In this document: piece by piece, positions 52,401 to 61,367 of the stretch
How positions within the stretch are numbered: position 1 is the first letter of the stretch
Layout of the letters: every line of letters begins with the position of its first letter
Assembly (NCBI GenBank): GCA_964016885.1
Contig: OZ024743.1
Coordinates: forward strand, 371,938,001 to 372,002,000
Source of the DNA: Eledone cirrhosa
Taxonomy: Eukaryota
Length of the DNA stretch: 64,000 nucleotides
Direction: 5' to 3'
Program-made: the position numbers and the translations under genes
Notes under the pieces: generated by a model
What the model was told of the DNA's origin: nothing
The model's input: only the letters and a program-made list of their open reading frames with translations
Databases searched by the model: none

Positions 52401-54321
52401 AAGGACAAATTTATTATTAAAATGTGTTGCTAGATGTAACACAGATTCAAACTCGTATTCGATATGTGATGATGTGCTTATGTATGGTCAGAGAGTCGTA
52501 ATGCTTGTTTCACTACAAAAACGAATGTTAAATGATTTCCATACTGGACATCTGGCAATTTCTAGGATGAAGTCAATCAGGAGGAGTTATGTTTATTGGC
52601 TATAAAATGGACTTAGATATTGAGAAGTTAGTAAAATCCCGACATTCCATGGACCAGGTTACACACAGATTTTGCAGGACCGTTAAACAGATCGACGGGG
52701 TCGATAAAATAAAGTACCAGTAATGCACTGGGTAATTGCTGGCCTTGTGCCTAAAGTAGAAACAATTATCTAGTAGTTGTGGACAGTTTTACAAAATGGC
52801 CAGAGATTTGTAAATGTAGAAGACCGACCTCCACGGTAACAGTGAATTTTCTACACAAACTTTTTGCAAGGTTTGGTGTCACTGACACCATAGTTTCCGA
52901 TAATGGTACCCAATTTACTGCAAGTGAATTCAAGAATTTTTTCAAAATGTTCATAATTGGCCATATCACTACTCCTCTGTATCCCCCAAGATCGAGCAGA
53001 CAAGCTGAACATTTTGTGGACATGTTCAAAAGGGTGCTAAAAAATCTAACAATGAGGAAGTGGAGGAGGTATTGTTACAATTCCTGAGGGTTGACTGAGT
53101 AACGCCAAACCCTAATACCATTTCAGGCATGTCACCGGCTGATAAACTATTTCCGTGATGTAAAATAAAGACCTGGAGAAACACCAATATTACGTACAAA
53201 TATTTCAAACCTCGAGTTAATGTGTTTTTCAGAGTATACAGGAAAGGAATGTTGCAAAGCCGGTGTAATAAAAAGACAGATCAGTAAAATGACGTACAAC
53301 ATGCAAGATTCGAAATAGGAACACGAAGGTTGGCTGAGGAAAAAGGGTACAAGAAAAGACGTATCTATGGAGTACTCTATAACATATTCGGATATGCCGG
53401 CTCCACAAGAAATTATTGAACTAAAGTGTACCATCCCAAGAAAAAGAAAGCAGATGGAATTGTTGGAGGAAGTCCTGAAGTGGAATAAATATTAAGCTTC
53501 CGAAGGAAGTAAATCTCAAAAAGACAGATGCAGGGAAAAAATAATATTAATTTCCAAAGGCAGAAACTCTCAAAAGGGGAAATGTGGTGAACACCTCTTT
53601 GGGATTAAAGCAATGGACTTGGCGGACAATTATAAATAAATGAGATACATTGTTACAATTCGGTTGGAGTCTCGCTTGAAAGTGTCACGTTTTGTAGTTG
53701 GAAGTCACGCCTGAGATAAAATTGTTAGTACCCTCACATCATAGAAAATATAACCAGTTAAAAGGGTTATATATATATATAGTAAAAGAATGAAGAATAA
53801 CATGGTCGGCTGTACAAAAAAGGTTTATTTACAGTATTAACAATTGTTTCATTAATCAGGTGAGTCTAAAAGCCGCTGATCACTAGAAATTATGTCACTT
53901 GACCTTAATTACAGTGTTTGCCTGATCAAATCATGGGAATACTGATCAAGAACCACATGCCTAGGAACTCTCTTAAACTGGCCACCTGACTAAGGAAACT
54001 TCTTATTGAGTCAAACAATGCCGTACGTTAAAACTATCTTCAACACAGACTACTCACAACTCTAGCTGGATTACCTTAAACGATACCTTGTTATCCTATA
54101 TATATATATATATATATATAGCGTGGAAGAATGGATGTAAAACGGTGATGATGATGATATATATATATTAGGTGTGTATGTGCATGCACACTTCCACAGT
54201 CCCCTCATACAAAAAGAATATTGGAAACACCTTACCTTATGTAATGCAGGGGTTTCACTTTACCTGTGAAGGCAAATAGTATGATGTTATGAGTACCCTG
54301 TACATTTGGTCTTTCCAAAGC
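4323..54321 (-). CDS. Multi-exon NRPS-like reductase gene, 3' part: thioester-reductase (R1) domain fused to a C-terminal classical SDR (R2); ATRR (glycine betaine reductase)-like. 5' end outside the window
   Basis: Nine exons with AG/GT borders and compatible phases: 54321-54236, 37362-36970, 35571-35500, 11958-11786, 11017-10809, 7288-7148, 6798-6706, 6348-6190, 4466-4323. Motifs: [27 protein letters not shown] (extended SDR/thioester reductase), then [21 protein letters not shown] (classical SDR), ending [13 protein letters not shown]. Confidence 0.85.
6190..6348 (-). CDS. Exon, SDR catalytic YSGSK...QPGDV
   Basis: 159 nt, ttgcAG acceptor, weak GTACCC donor, YxxxK motif. Confidence 0.92.
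6706..6798 (-). CDS. Exon, SDR ([31 protein letters not shown])
   Basis: 93 nt, ttcAG / GTATGT, catalytic Ser region. Confidence 0.92.
7148..7288 (-). CDS. Exon, SDR (VKELVRH...LVNSAG...DINCK)
   Basis: 141 nt, ccAG / GTGAGT, NNAG-like motif. Confidence 0.93.
7660..10316 (+). mobile_element. Decayed, internally deleted LTR element of the same lineage as 18723-22881
   Basis: LTRs about 7660-7900 and 10126-10316 (end TTATGACA), same GAGATCAGGGG tract, fragmented gag/PR/RT/IN homology; no clear TSD. Confidence 0.85.
10809..11017 (-). CDS. Exon, SDR Rossmann fold ([14 protein letters not shown]...ARR...DVT)
   Basis: 209 nt, AG/GT borders, TGxxxGxG motif; basic ARR suggests NADP(H). Confidence 0.93.
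11786..11958 (-). CDS. Exon, end of R1 and R1-R2 linker ([11 protein letters not shown]...[16 protein letters not shown]...SAA)
   Basis: 173 nt, cacAG / GTAAG, phase 2-1, joins the SDR exon in frame. Confidence 0.8.
12790..12945 (-). mobile_element. LINE RT fragment
   Basis: [31 protein letters not shown]. Confidence 0.6.
13290..14702 (+). mobile_element. Old RTE-like LINE remnant (APE and RT N-terminus)
   Basis: [37 protein letters not shown] fragments. Confidence 0.75.
15835..16560 (+). mobile_element. Decayed CRE-like (RLE-type) non-LTR retrotransposon fragment with a 72-bp tandem duplication
   Basis: [44 protein letters not shown]; duplicated unit at about 16085-16228. Confidence 0.55.
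18977..18988 (+). promoter_or_regulatory. Putative primer-binding site complementary to nt 1-12 of tRNA-Phe(GAA)
   Basis: AGCTATTTCGGC directly after the LTR end; its reverse complement GCCGAAATAGCT is the 5' end of metazoan tRNA-Phe as I recall it. Confidence 0.7.
19041..19778 (+). CDS. gag: Gag with two zinc knuckles
   Basis: 245-aa ORF; [13 protein letters not shown] and [14 protein letters not shown]. Confidence 0.9.
   Translation: MATRLRMNEAIRTFTGEGDVVAWLRKVRLVASLQKIEDVAGLMALYLEGDTLVLFLELDEHSQRDVQKIERRLMDAFAKLARIRWNGERVDIFAAEIRRLAMLAGYQAECKRTVRLAFINGFPDDIAVKLQQVPGYKEMEMRSLVEQARIIAEDAKRSVAAIATTEAQDTWQRNGEREATSARGRPHAFRGRCFRCQGPHMARDCRESKPEIICYRCKRPGHIATNCDQGNDPRGTTAPVVAPYE
19727..19770 (+). 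promoter_or_regulatory. -1 programmed ribosomal frameshift signal (gag-pol)
   Basis: G GGA AAC in gag frame, 5-nt spacer, hairpin AAGGGGAACTAC/GTAGTTGCCCCTT; the -1 frame is open into the protease ORF. Confidence 0.85.
19730..22565 (+). pseudogene. pol: Pol (protease, RT, RNase H, DDE integrase), broken by indels near 20946, 21818, 21985 and 22235
   Basis: ALVDTGC protease; [34 protein letters not shown]; [15 protein letters not shown] RNase H; H..HH..C..C zinc finger, DVTHY and [14 protein letters not shown] integrase, spread over consecutive ORFs in different frames. Confidence 0.9.
22883..23358 (+). mobile_element. Non-autonomous Helitron family copy 1 (about 450 bp)
   Basis: TC start, CTAG end; homologous to 26821-27261 (-) and 29230-29877 (+). 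Confidence 0.75.
24030..25711 (+). mobile_element. 5'-truncated RTE LINE, close relative of the 56266-58083 segment
   Basis: Near-identical RT sequence with small deletions (YADD lost), (GAT)n tail, inserted in (TA)n. Confidence 0.92.
26821..27261 (-). mobile_element. Non-autonomous Helitron family copy 2
   Basis: Reverse-complement homologue of 22883-23358 with TC/CTAG termini. Confidence 0.75.
27287..27465 (-). mobile_element. tRNA-related SINE; further copies at about 29323-29508, 44582-44766, 58225-58392, 18190-18340 (+) and 52693-52768 (+)
   Basis: Near-identical 180-bp dispersed repeat with B-box-like GAGTTCAAATCC and tail AAGTAGAAACAATTAT. Confidence 0.75.
28597..29002 (-). repeat. 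Unclassified dispersed repeat; inverted homologue at about 39332-39770
   Basis: Shared GGGAGGGTCATG..GCCAATAA..GCACCAGTTG..CACACATTCTGTGACCTCTTCAG. Confidence 0.7.
29230..29877 (+). mobile_element. Non-autonomous Helitron family copy 3, with a SINE nested at about 29323-29508
   Basis: A|TCTAAACTATAATAAAG ... TTTTTCTGCTAG|T; a paralogous empty site lies at about 27467-27570. Confidence 0.8.
29956..32195 (+). mobile_element. Third, 3'-truncated decayed copy of the same LTR lineage
   Basis: gag ([14 protein letters not shown]), PR (AIVDMSCTT) and RT ([10 protein letters not shown]) fragments collinear with 19041-21180; the start coordinate is approximate. Confidence 0.85.
32196..32925 (+). mobile_element. 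Helitron 3' fragment (PIF1 helicase C-terminus and terminal hairpin)
   Basis: [51 protein letters not shown]; ends CCCAAGCAACGCTGGG...TTAG. Confidence 0.85.
34192..34520 (-). mobile_element. Second SINE family; related copies at about 1855-2120, 4640-4760 and 58630-58765 (+)
   Basis: Shared core GACTGGAGCAAC..GAAATAAAGT..CTTGCTCAAGGACAC with a tRNA-like head. Confidence 0.7.
35500..35571 (-). CDS. Exon, R1 C-terminal subdomain ([23 protein letters not shown])
   Basis: 72 nt, ttttAG / GTAAG, phase 2-2, in frame with both neighbours; GY...F..W pattern of R-domain C-termini. Confidence 0.85.
36970..37362 (-). CDS. Exon, R1 catalytic region (STDAVF...[13 protein letters not shown]...TPVDF)
   Basis: Inside ORF 36966..37466; pyrimidine tract + AG at 37363-64, GTAAAT donor; 393 nt; YxxxK in the GYxQSKWVAE context typical of NRPS R domains. 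Confidence 0.93.
37638..38808 (+). mobile_element. Non-autonomous Helitron
   Basis: A|TCTATAC..ATAAAACTGTAG start like the other Helitrons; 3' GC-rich hairpin remnant then CTAG|T; no coding capacity. Confidence 0.65.
39894..46264 (+). mobile_element. Decayed autonomous-type Helitron (RepHel pseudogene about 41800-46190) with nested repeats
   Basis: 5' A|TCTCTATATATATAAAA, 3' CTAG|T; Rep motifs [17 protein letters not shown] and [10 protein letters not shown]; helicase remnants [16 protein letters not shown]; many stops and frameshifts. Confidence 0.88.
40555..40790 (+). repeat. About 41-bp diverged minisatellite (about 6 units) inside the Helitron
   Basis: GGGGTGATGACATCACACACTAGAGATGACTGAGGAAGGAA-like units. 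Confidence 0.85.
46660..47518 (-). mobile_element. RTE LINE 3' part with (GAT)n tail
   Basis: [37 protein letters not shown]. Confidence 0.88.
47519..48698 (-). mobile_element. Ty3/Gypsy element, 5' half (5' LTR, TGG-type PBS, gag, start of protease), inverted
   Basis: LTR about 48522-48698 matches 53583-53756 in reverse; PBS TGGCGATGAAG at 48512-48502; zinc knuckles ([17 protein letters not shown]); LDTSSD protease remnant. Confidence 0.85.
48711..49545 (-). mobile_element. RTE LINE 3' fragment
   Basis: [29 protein letters not shown], (GAT)n tail into (TA)n. Confidence 0.85.
49570..51168 (+). mobile_element. RTE LINE middle part; its 3' continuation is at 47518-46660 on the minus strand
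   Basis: RT motifs [11 protein letters not shown] and YADD; breaks at RVRMGWKK. Confidence 0.88.
51169..53756 (+). mobile_element. Ty3/Gypsy element, 3' half (decayed RT, RNase H, integrase, PPT, 3' LTR)
   Basis: [50 protein letters not shown]; PPT AAAAGGGGAAA then TGTGGTGAAC. Confidence 0.88.
54236..54321 (-). CDS. Exon, R1 domain ([29 protein letters not shown])
   Basis: ttttcAG acceptor, GTAAG donor, 86 nt ending in phase 2; NVxGT motif of NAD_binding_4-type reductases; too short for the ORF track. Confidence 0.88.
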
Positions 54322-54705
54322 CTGAAAAGAAATTTATATGAAAAATCAAACCTAAGAATTTTTGTAGATAGCACATAGTGGGAATTGTCATTCCTGGGAA
54401 ATGCTAACTTGGTTTACTAACATAAAAAATACAGATGCAGGTTAACCTTTTCATTATCATATTGCTAATGAATTACTTTCCTTATGATTTTCAAATTATT
54501 TAAAAAATAATCAAGAACTTGGAAAGATTTAGTAAAATACAATTCTGATGGTTTCTTCCCTTGCACATGTCACCAATAGAATTCTTTTCTGGCATTTTGC
54601 TTTCTTGAAAATTAGAATTGCAAAAATTCAAAAGCGACACCAATCGTCACTTCTCTCCTTGCCCGCTTTTCCCTGCTTGTTTACCTTTTACATATATATA
54701 TATAT

Positions 54706-57700
54706 GTGAAGCTTCAATTCAGAGACAGGAAGCACATGCACACCCCTGCAAAAATCGACCCTTCCCCACAAATGTTGACAAAAAAAACAAAAATCCGAGT
54801 TTGTGCCATTAATGTAAGCACAATGAAAGGAAGAGCAGGAGAAATCGTAGAGATGCTAGAGCAAAAGGAAATTGATGTATGCTGTGTACAAGAGGCTAGA
54901 TGGAGAGGAGAGTCTGGTAGAGTCCTTGTAGGAAAAAGTCAGTGTTACAAATTTTTCTGGGTGGGAAATGACGATGGCATGGGTGGTGTAGGTATTCTAC
55001 TAGCTGACAAGTGGGTAGATAGAGTAATCTCAGTGAACAGAGTAAATGCAAGAATCATTAAACTCAGACTAGTCCTGAATAAAACAATTACCACAATAAT
55101 ATCAGCTGACGCACCCCAATCGGGGTTGCCAGACGAACTTAAGGATGGGTTTTACGAGTCCCTAATGCACACTACTGCTCTAACAAATGACAATGACTTC
55201 CTAATCATTGCAGGAGATTTTAACGGACACGTAGGTAAACACTGTGACAGCTTCAATAGAGTCCATGGAGGCCATGGGGTTGGCACAAGAAACGAAGAAG
55301 GATTCAGGCTTCTAGAATTCTGCGACGCCAATGACATGTCGATATATAACACAAACTTCAAAAAACCCGACAACCATCTGATCACCTATAGATCAGGGGA
55401 GCATTCTAGTCAAATAGATTTTATCCTCATCAGAGGACGTGACAGATGGACGGTCGTAAACACAAAAGCCTTCCCCAGTGAGGAATATACCTCCCAACAT
55501 AGCTTAGTTGTCAGCGACATCACGGTCAGAACTAGATGAACCTGGAAACAGAAGCCAACCTGGAGAAGAAAGATCTGGAAGCTGAAAGACCCCTCAGCCA
55601 GTAACAGATTTAAAGATATTTTTCTCAACGCCTACGACAGTAAAGAAGAACAGATAGAGACATTCAATGTAGAAGAGCACTGGGAGTTCCTAAAAAATAA
55701 CTTACTTGAGGCAACAGATGAGATCTGTGGCTGGAGTAAGACCTCAAGCAGGAGGAGAGTGACTTGGTGGTGGAACAATAAGGTAGATGAGGCAGCCAAG
55801 AGACAGGCATGGAAAGAATGGAAGAACGGGGGGAAGCAGGGTACATTACATAGAGACCAAGAGGGAAGCTAGGCGACAAGTATACTTAGCTAGGAGGGAA
55901 GCAGAGGATAGAAAATTCAAGCATGTTTTACAACATGAGGACCACAAACAGGAGGTGTTCAAGATTGCAAGGCAGTGTGTCAGAGAGAATTGTGATGTCA
56001 TTGGAGAGAAGTGTATCCGGAAAGATAAAGGTGAGCTTGCTCTCACAAGTGCTGAGAAGAAAGATGCGTGGAAGAGCCATTATGATAGATTACTAAATGA
56101 GGAGAATGCATGGGAAGAAGAGACCCTACCCCAAGTAGACCCTATAGAGGGGCCGACAGTACACGTCAGCAGCAGCATAGTAAGTAAGGCAATCAAAGAT
56201 ATGAAGATGGGGAAGGCAACCGGTCCATCGGATATAGCTACCGAGATGCTGAAGGCATCTGGGTCGGTAGGTCACACTATAACCACACGTATTGTTAACC
56301 AGGTAATACTAGAAGGTGTCATACCAAAAGATTGGTGCAGTAGCATCATTGTCAACTGCTACAAAGGTAAAGGTGATGCTCTAGATAGAGGAAACTATAG
56401 AGGTATAAAGCTAATGGATCAGATCATGAAAGTACAGAAAGAGTTATAGCACAGTTGATTAGGGATCGGGTGAAACTAGATGAGTTGCAATTTGGGTCTG
56501 TACCAGGAAGAGGCACCACTGATGCTCTCTTCCTTGTGAGGCAGTTACAGGAAAAGTACCTAGCTAAAAGTAAGCCGCTCTACCAGGCATTCGTTGATCT
56601 CGAGAAAGCCTTTGACAGAGTTCCCCGTGCTATAATCTGGTGGGCTCTTCGAAAACTAGGAGTAGATGAATGGCTTGTGAAAGCTGTACAAGCCATGTAT
56701 AGGGGAGCAGTCAGCAAAGTTAGGATTAGCAATGACTATAGCGAGGAATTTAGCATACAGATCGGTGTCCACCAGGGCTCTGTTCTTAGCCCTCTCCTGT
56801 TCATCATAGTCCTGCAGGCAATAACGGAGGAGTTTAAGACCGGATGCCCAGGGAAACTCCTGTATGCAGATGACCTCGCACTTATAGCTGAATCTATGGT
56901 AGAACTAGAGAAGATATTCCAAACTTGGAAGCAGGGACTAGAAAGAAAGGGTCTCAAAGTCAACCTAACAAAGACTAAGGTCCTTGTAAGTAGACTAGAA
57001 AACAGAACCCAGATCCCCTCAGGGAAATGGCCTTGCTCAGTATGTAGGAACGGTGTAGGTAGGAACTCCATTATCGGCCCCAAATGCAAACAATGGGTAG
57101 ACAAGAGATGTAGCGGGATCTCAGGAAGCTTAATTAAGAATGTAGGCTTCACATGTAGCAGCTGTGCTGGGACAGAAAGCAGCAAACAGCCACAGGAAAC
57201 AAGTACCTCCAATCTCTGGGAGGGCCCTGTAGAAACAGTAGACAGCTTCTGCTACCTAGGTGACCGAATTAGCAGTGGAGGTGGGTGTTTGGAAAGTACA
57301 ATAACCAGGGTAAGAACGGGATAGAAGAAGTTCAGGGAGCTACTGCCACTGCTAGCTGCAAAAGGCTCTTCATTCAAAATGAAAGGCAGACTGTATGATG
57401 CGTGTATACGAACAGCAATGTTACATGGTAGTGAGACCAGGGCGCTGACTGTGGAAGACTTGCGTAGATTAGAAAGAAATGAAGCTTGCATGCTCCGATG
57501 GATGTGTAATAGTAATATATGCGAATGGCAAAGCATAAATGAATTCAGAGAGAGACTGAGCATAAGAGGAATCGAATGCTGTGTGCAGGAGAGGCGGTTG
57601 CGTTGGTATGGACATGTGATGCGTATGAAGGATGACAGTTGCATAAAAAAGGTGCAGAGCACTAGAAGTCAATGGAAACCGCGGAGTGGGGCGACCCAAG

Positions 57701-58083
57701 AAAACCTGGGATGAGGTGATAAAAGCCGACCCTACCCAATTACACCTCTCAAAGGTGATGACACACGACCATGACCTCTGGCGTCACGCAGTAATACAGA
57801 ATACCCGACCCCCCATGTGTACAAGCTGAAGCTGAAGCATATAGACAATATGCCCCCACACCCTCCCACTGCAAAATGGACGTGTAGGCGCCACGGAAAA
57901 AAGCACCCAGCACTCACTGTAAATAAGGTTGGTGTTAGGAAGGGCATCCAGCTGTAGAAATCGAGTCAGAATCAGTTCCTGTATGAGCAAGACAAGGCCA
58001 GCCGACCGGACACTGCCCACAACAGGACAACCCGTCTAACCCATGCTAGCGTGCAAGAATGGACGTAAAACGGTGATGATGAT
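54706..58083 (+). mobile_element. Near full-length RTE-clade LINE (APE endonuclease + RT + PHD-like finger), disrupted
   Basis: APE motifs CCVQEARW, GDFNGHVG, SQIDFIL; RT motifs [25 protein letters not shown]; (GAT)n tail; (TA)n on both sides. Confidence 0.92.
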
Positions 58084-58978
58084 ATATATATATACATCAT
58101 CATCATTTTACGTCCACTTTTCCCTGCTTGTTTACCTTTTACATACACATATATATATATATATATATCCATGCTAGCATGGAAGAACGGACGTAAAACG
58201 GTGATGATGACATATATATACATCTGTTTCTACTTTTGGCACAAGGCCAGCAATTATCCCAGTGTATTACTGGTACTTTATTTTATCGATCTCGTAAGGA
58301 TGAAAGGCAAAGTCAACCTCGGCGGGATTTGAACTCAGATCGTAAAGGGACGTAACTATGCTGGAAAGCATGGCGTCCGACCCTCTCAGCCTCAATTCGC
58401 ATGCCAACACAAGAGCAAGAATGAAGTGTTCATTCTACTGACATGGCTATAAAAATGAGGCTTGTCTGCAAAATTGCAAATGAATTCAACTATGAGTGTA
58501 AGATCATCCGTGTGCAGACGTTCCATGGTCTTAAACTCCTCTGTTATAGCCTGCAAAATGATAATAAACAAGAGTTGGGCCTGGTGGACGCCAACTTGTA
58601 TGCTAAATTCCTCGCTATAGTCATTGTTATGGAGGCACATGGCTTAGTGGTTACAGCGTTGGCCTTGCAATCGAAAGGTTAAATTCTCAGACCGGTTGAT
58701 GTGTTGTTTCCTTGACCAAGACACTTTATTTCACATTGCTCCAGTTTACTCAGCTGTAGAAATGAGATGATAGGGACTGGGGTCCTTATCATTCCACTTC
58801 AAAGTGGTCGTGGAGGCGCCACGGAAAAAAAAGCACCCAGCACTCACTGTAAATGAGGTTGGTGTTAGGAAGGGCATCCAGCTGTAGAAATCAAGCCAGA
58901 ATCAGTTCCCGTCCCACCCTTGCAAGCAGGGAAAAGCAGAGGTAAAATGAAATGATGATGATGATGATGATATATATA

Positions 58979-60672
58979 GGGGAGCAGTCAGCAAAGTTAG
59001 GATTAACAATGACTGTAGCGAGGAATTTAGCGTACAAGTTGGTGCCCACCAAGGCCCACTCCTGTTTATTATCATTTTGCAGGCTATAACAGAGGAGTTT
59101 AAGACTAACTGCCCATGGGAATGTCTGCACACGGATGATCTTACACTCATAGCTGAATCTATGGTAGAACTAGAGAAGAAATTCCAAACATGGAAGCAGG
59201 GCCTAGAAAGAAGGGTTCTTAAAGTCAACTTGACAAAGGTCCTAGTAGGTAGAAAAGAAAACAGAACCCTGATCCCCCCAGGGAAATGGCCTTGCTCATT
59301 TTGTAGGAAAGGTGTAGGTAGAAATTCCATCCTCTGCCCCATATGCAAACTATGGGTACACAAGAGATGTTGTGGGATCTCAGGAAGTTTAGCTAAGAAT
59401 GTAGGCTTTACATGTAGCAGTTGCACCGGGACAGTAAGCAGCAAACAACTGCAGGGACAAGCGCTACCAAATTCTGGGGGGGCTCTGTAGAAACAGTAGA
59501 CAGTTTCTGCTACTTGGGTGACTGAATTAGCAGTGGTGGTGGGTGTTCGGAAAGTTCAGTAACCAGAGTAAGAACGGGATGGAGGAAGTTGAGGGAACTA
59601 CTACCACTGCTGGCTATAAAAGGCTTTTCTCTCAGAATGAAAGGCAGACTGTATGATGCATGCATATGAACAGCAATGTTGCATGGTAGTGATATCTGGG
59701 TGCTGTGTGTAGAAGACTTGCGTAGATTAGAAAGAAATGAAGCTTGCATGCTATGATGGATGTGTAATAGTAATATACGAGAACGGCAAAGCATAAATGA
59801 ATTGAGAGAGAAACTAGGCATAAGAGGAATCAAATGCTGTGTGCAGGAGAGGAGATTACGTTGGTATGGACATGTGATGTGTATGAAGGATGACAGCTGC
59901 ATAAAAACGTGTAGAGAGCTCAAATTTGATGGAAGCCTTGGACTGGGAAAACCCAGGAAGACCTTGGATGAGGTGATAAAAGCTGACCTTACCCAATTGC
60001 ACCTCTCAAAGGAGATGATCAGTGACTGGGGTCTCTGGTGATATGCAGTAATACAGAAGACCTGACTTCCCACAGACACAAGCTGAAGCATATATACAGT
60101 ATGCCTCAACCCACCCTCCCATACACCCCCATGAGGACAGGCTGAAGTAAATGCATTCAGTGAAGCCCCCAGCCCACACTGTAAAGTGGTCGTGTAGGTG
60201 TCACAACAAAAAGCCCCCAGCCCACACTGTAAAGTGGTAGTGTAGGTGTCACAACAAAAAGCCCCCAGCCCACACTGTAAAGTGGTAGTGTAGGTGTCAC
60301 AACAAAAAGCACCCAGCCCACACTGTAAAGTGGTCGTGTAGGTGTCACAACAAAAAGCCCCCAGCCCACACTGTAAAGTGGTAGTGTAGGTGTCACAACA
60401 AAAAGCCCCCAGCCCACACTGTAAAGTGGTAGTGTAGGTGTCACAACAAAAAGCACCCAGCCCACACTGTAAAGTGGTAGTGTAGGTGTCACAACAAAAA
60501 GCACCCAGTACTCACTGTAAACGAGGTTGGTGTTAGGAAGGGCATCCAGCTGTAGAAACCAAGCCAGAATCAGCTCTGTATGAGTAAGACATGGTCACTT
60601 GGCCTAGCATTGCCCACAACAGGACAACTTGTCTAACCCATGTTAGTGTGGAAAACACAGTGGTCATGATGA
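58979..60672 (+). mobile_element. 5'-truncated RTE LINE with an expanded 3'-UTR minisatellite
   Basis: RT C-terminus with intact C4HC3 finger, family 3' UTR, GAT tail. Confidence 0.88.
60163..60508 (+). repeat. 48-bp minisatellite, about 7 near-identical units
   Basis: Unit AAGCCCCCAGCCCACACTGTAAAGTGGT(A/C)GTGTAGGTGTCACAACAAA; gives the 16-aa periodicity of ORF 60157..60504. Confidence 0.95.
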
Positions 60673-61367
60673 TACATGCATATATATATAAATATTATGT
60701 TGGTAACATCCAGCCCATACTGTACAGTTGTCATATAGGTGTCACGACAAAAAAAGCCCAGTCCAGACAGTAAAGTGGTCGTGTAAAAGAGATGGCAAAA
60801 AGCACCCAGTGCACACTGTAAATGCGGTTGGTGTTAGGAAGGGCATCCAGCTGTAGAAAACCATCCGGAAACAGTCCTATATGAGCAAGACACGGTCACC
60901 CGACCCAACATGCCTCTAAATGGGACAAACTCGTCTAACCCATGCTAGCGTGGAAGAGAGACATTAAACAATGATGATGATATATATATATAGAGAGAGA
61001 GAGTAATAATAAAAAATGTGAAGACTAAAATCCGAAGAGGGCTCAATAAGGATTATATATATAAATATATATAAAAACCGTCCAGATTGATTTTTTTTTT
61101 AGTTTCAGAATATCCTGTTAAAGGTGAAAGCAGCGATTCTTTGCTTAAACTTTAATCTGTTATTTAATATATATATATATATTATATAGTTAGAACTATA
61201 TTATCAATTTTCAAAAGAGAGTAGAGAATTAAACTTATAGAATGTAATTGCCACCTTTTCAGAGAAATGAATAACTTGATGCTTTATATGATGTATACAA
61301 AAGTTTGAAGAACAGATATTAGCATTCTAATGAAACAGGATTGATTTTCTATTAATACTTTTGTCAA

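Noticed and set aside
54666-58145. 29-bp direct repeat flanking the long RTE as a TSD
   Set aside because: It is separated from the element ends by (TA)n and inverted tail fragments, so it cannot be called a clean TSD.
60163-60508. CRISPR-like regular array and repetitive ORF 60157..60504
   Set aside because: Units are contiguous with no unique spacers, there are no cas genes, the context is eukaryotic, and the unit derives from a LINE 3' UTR.
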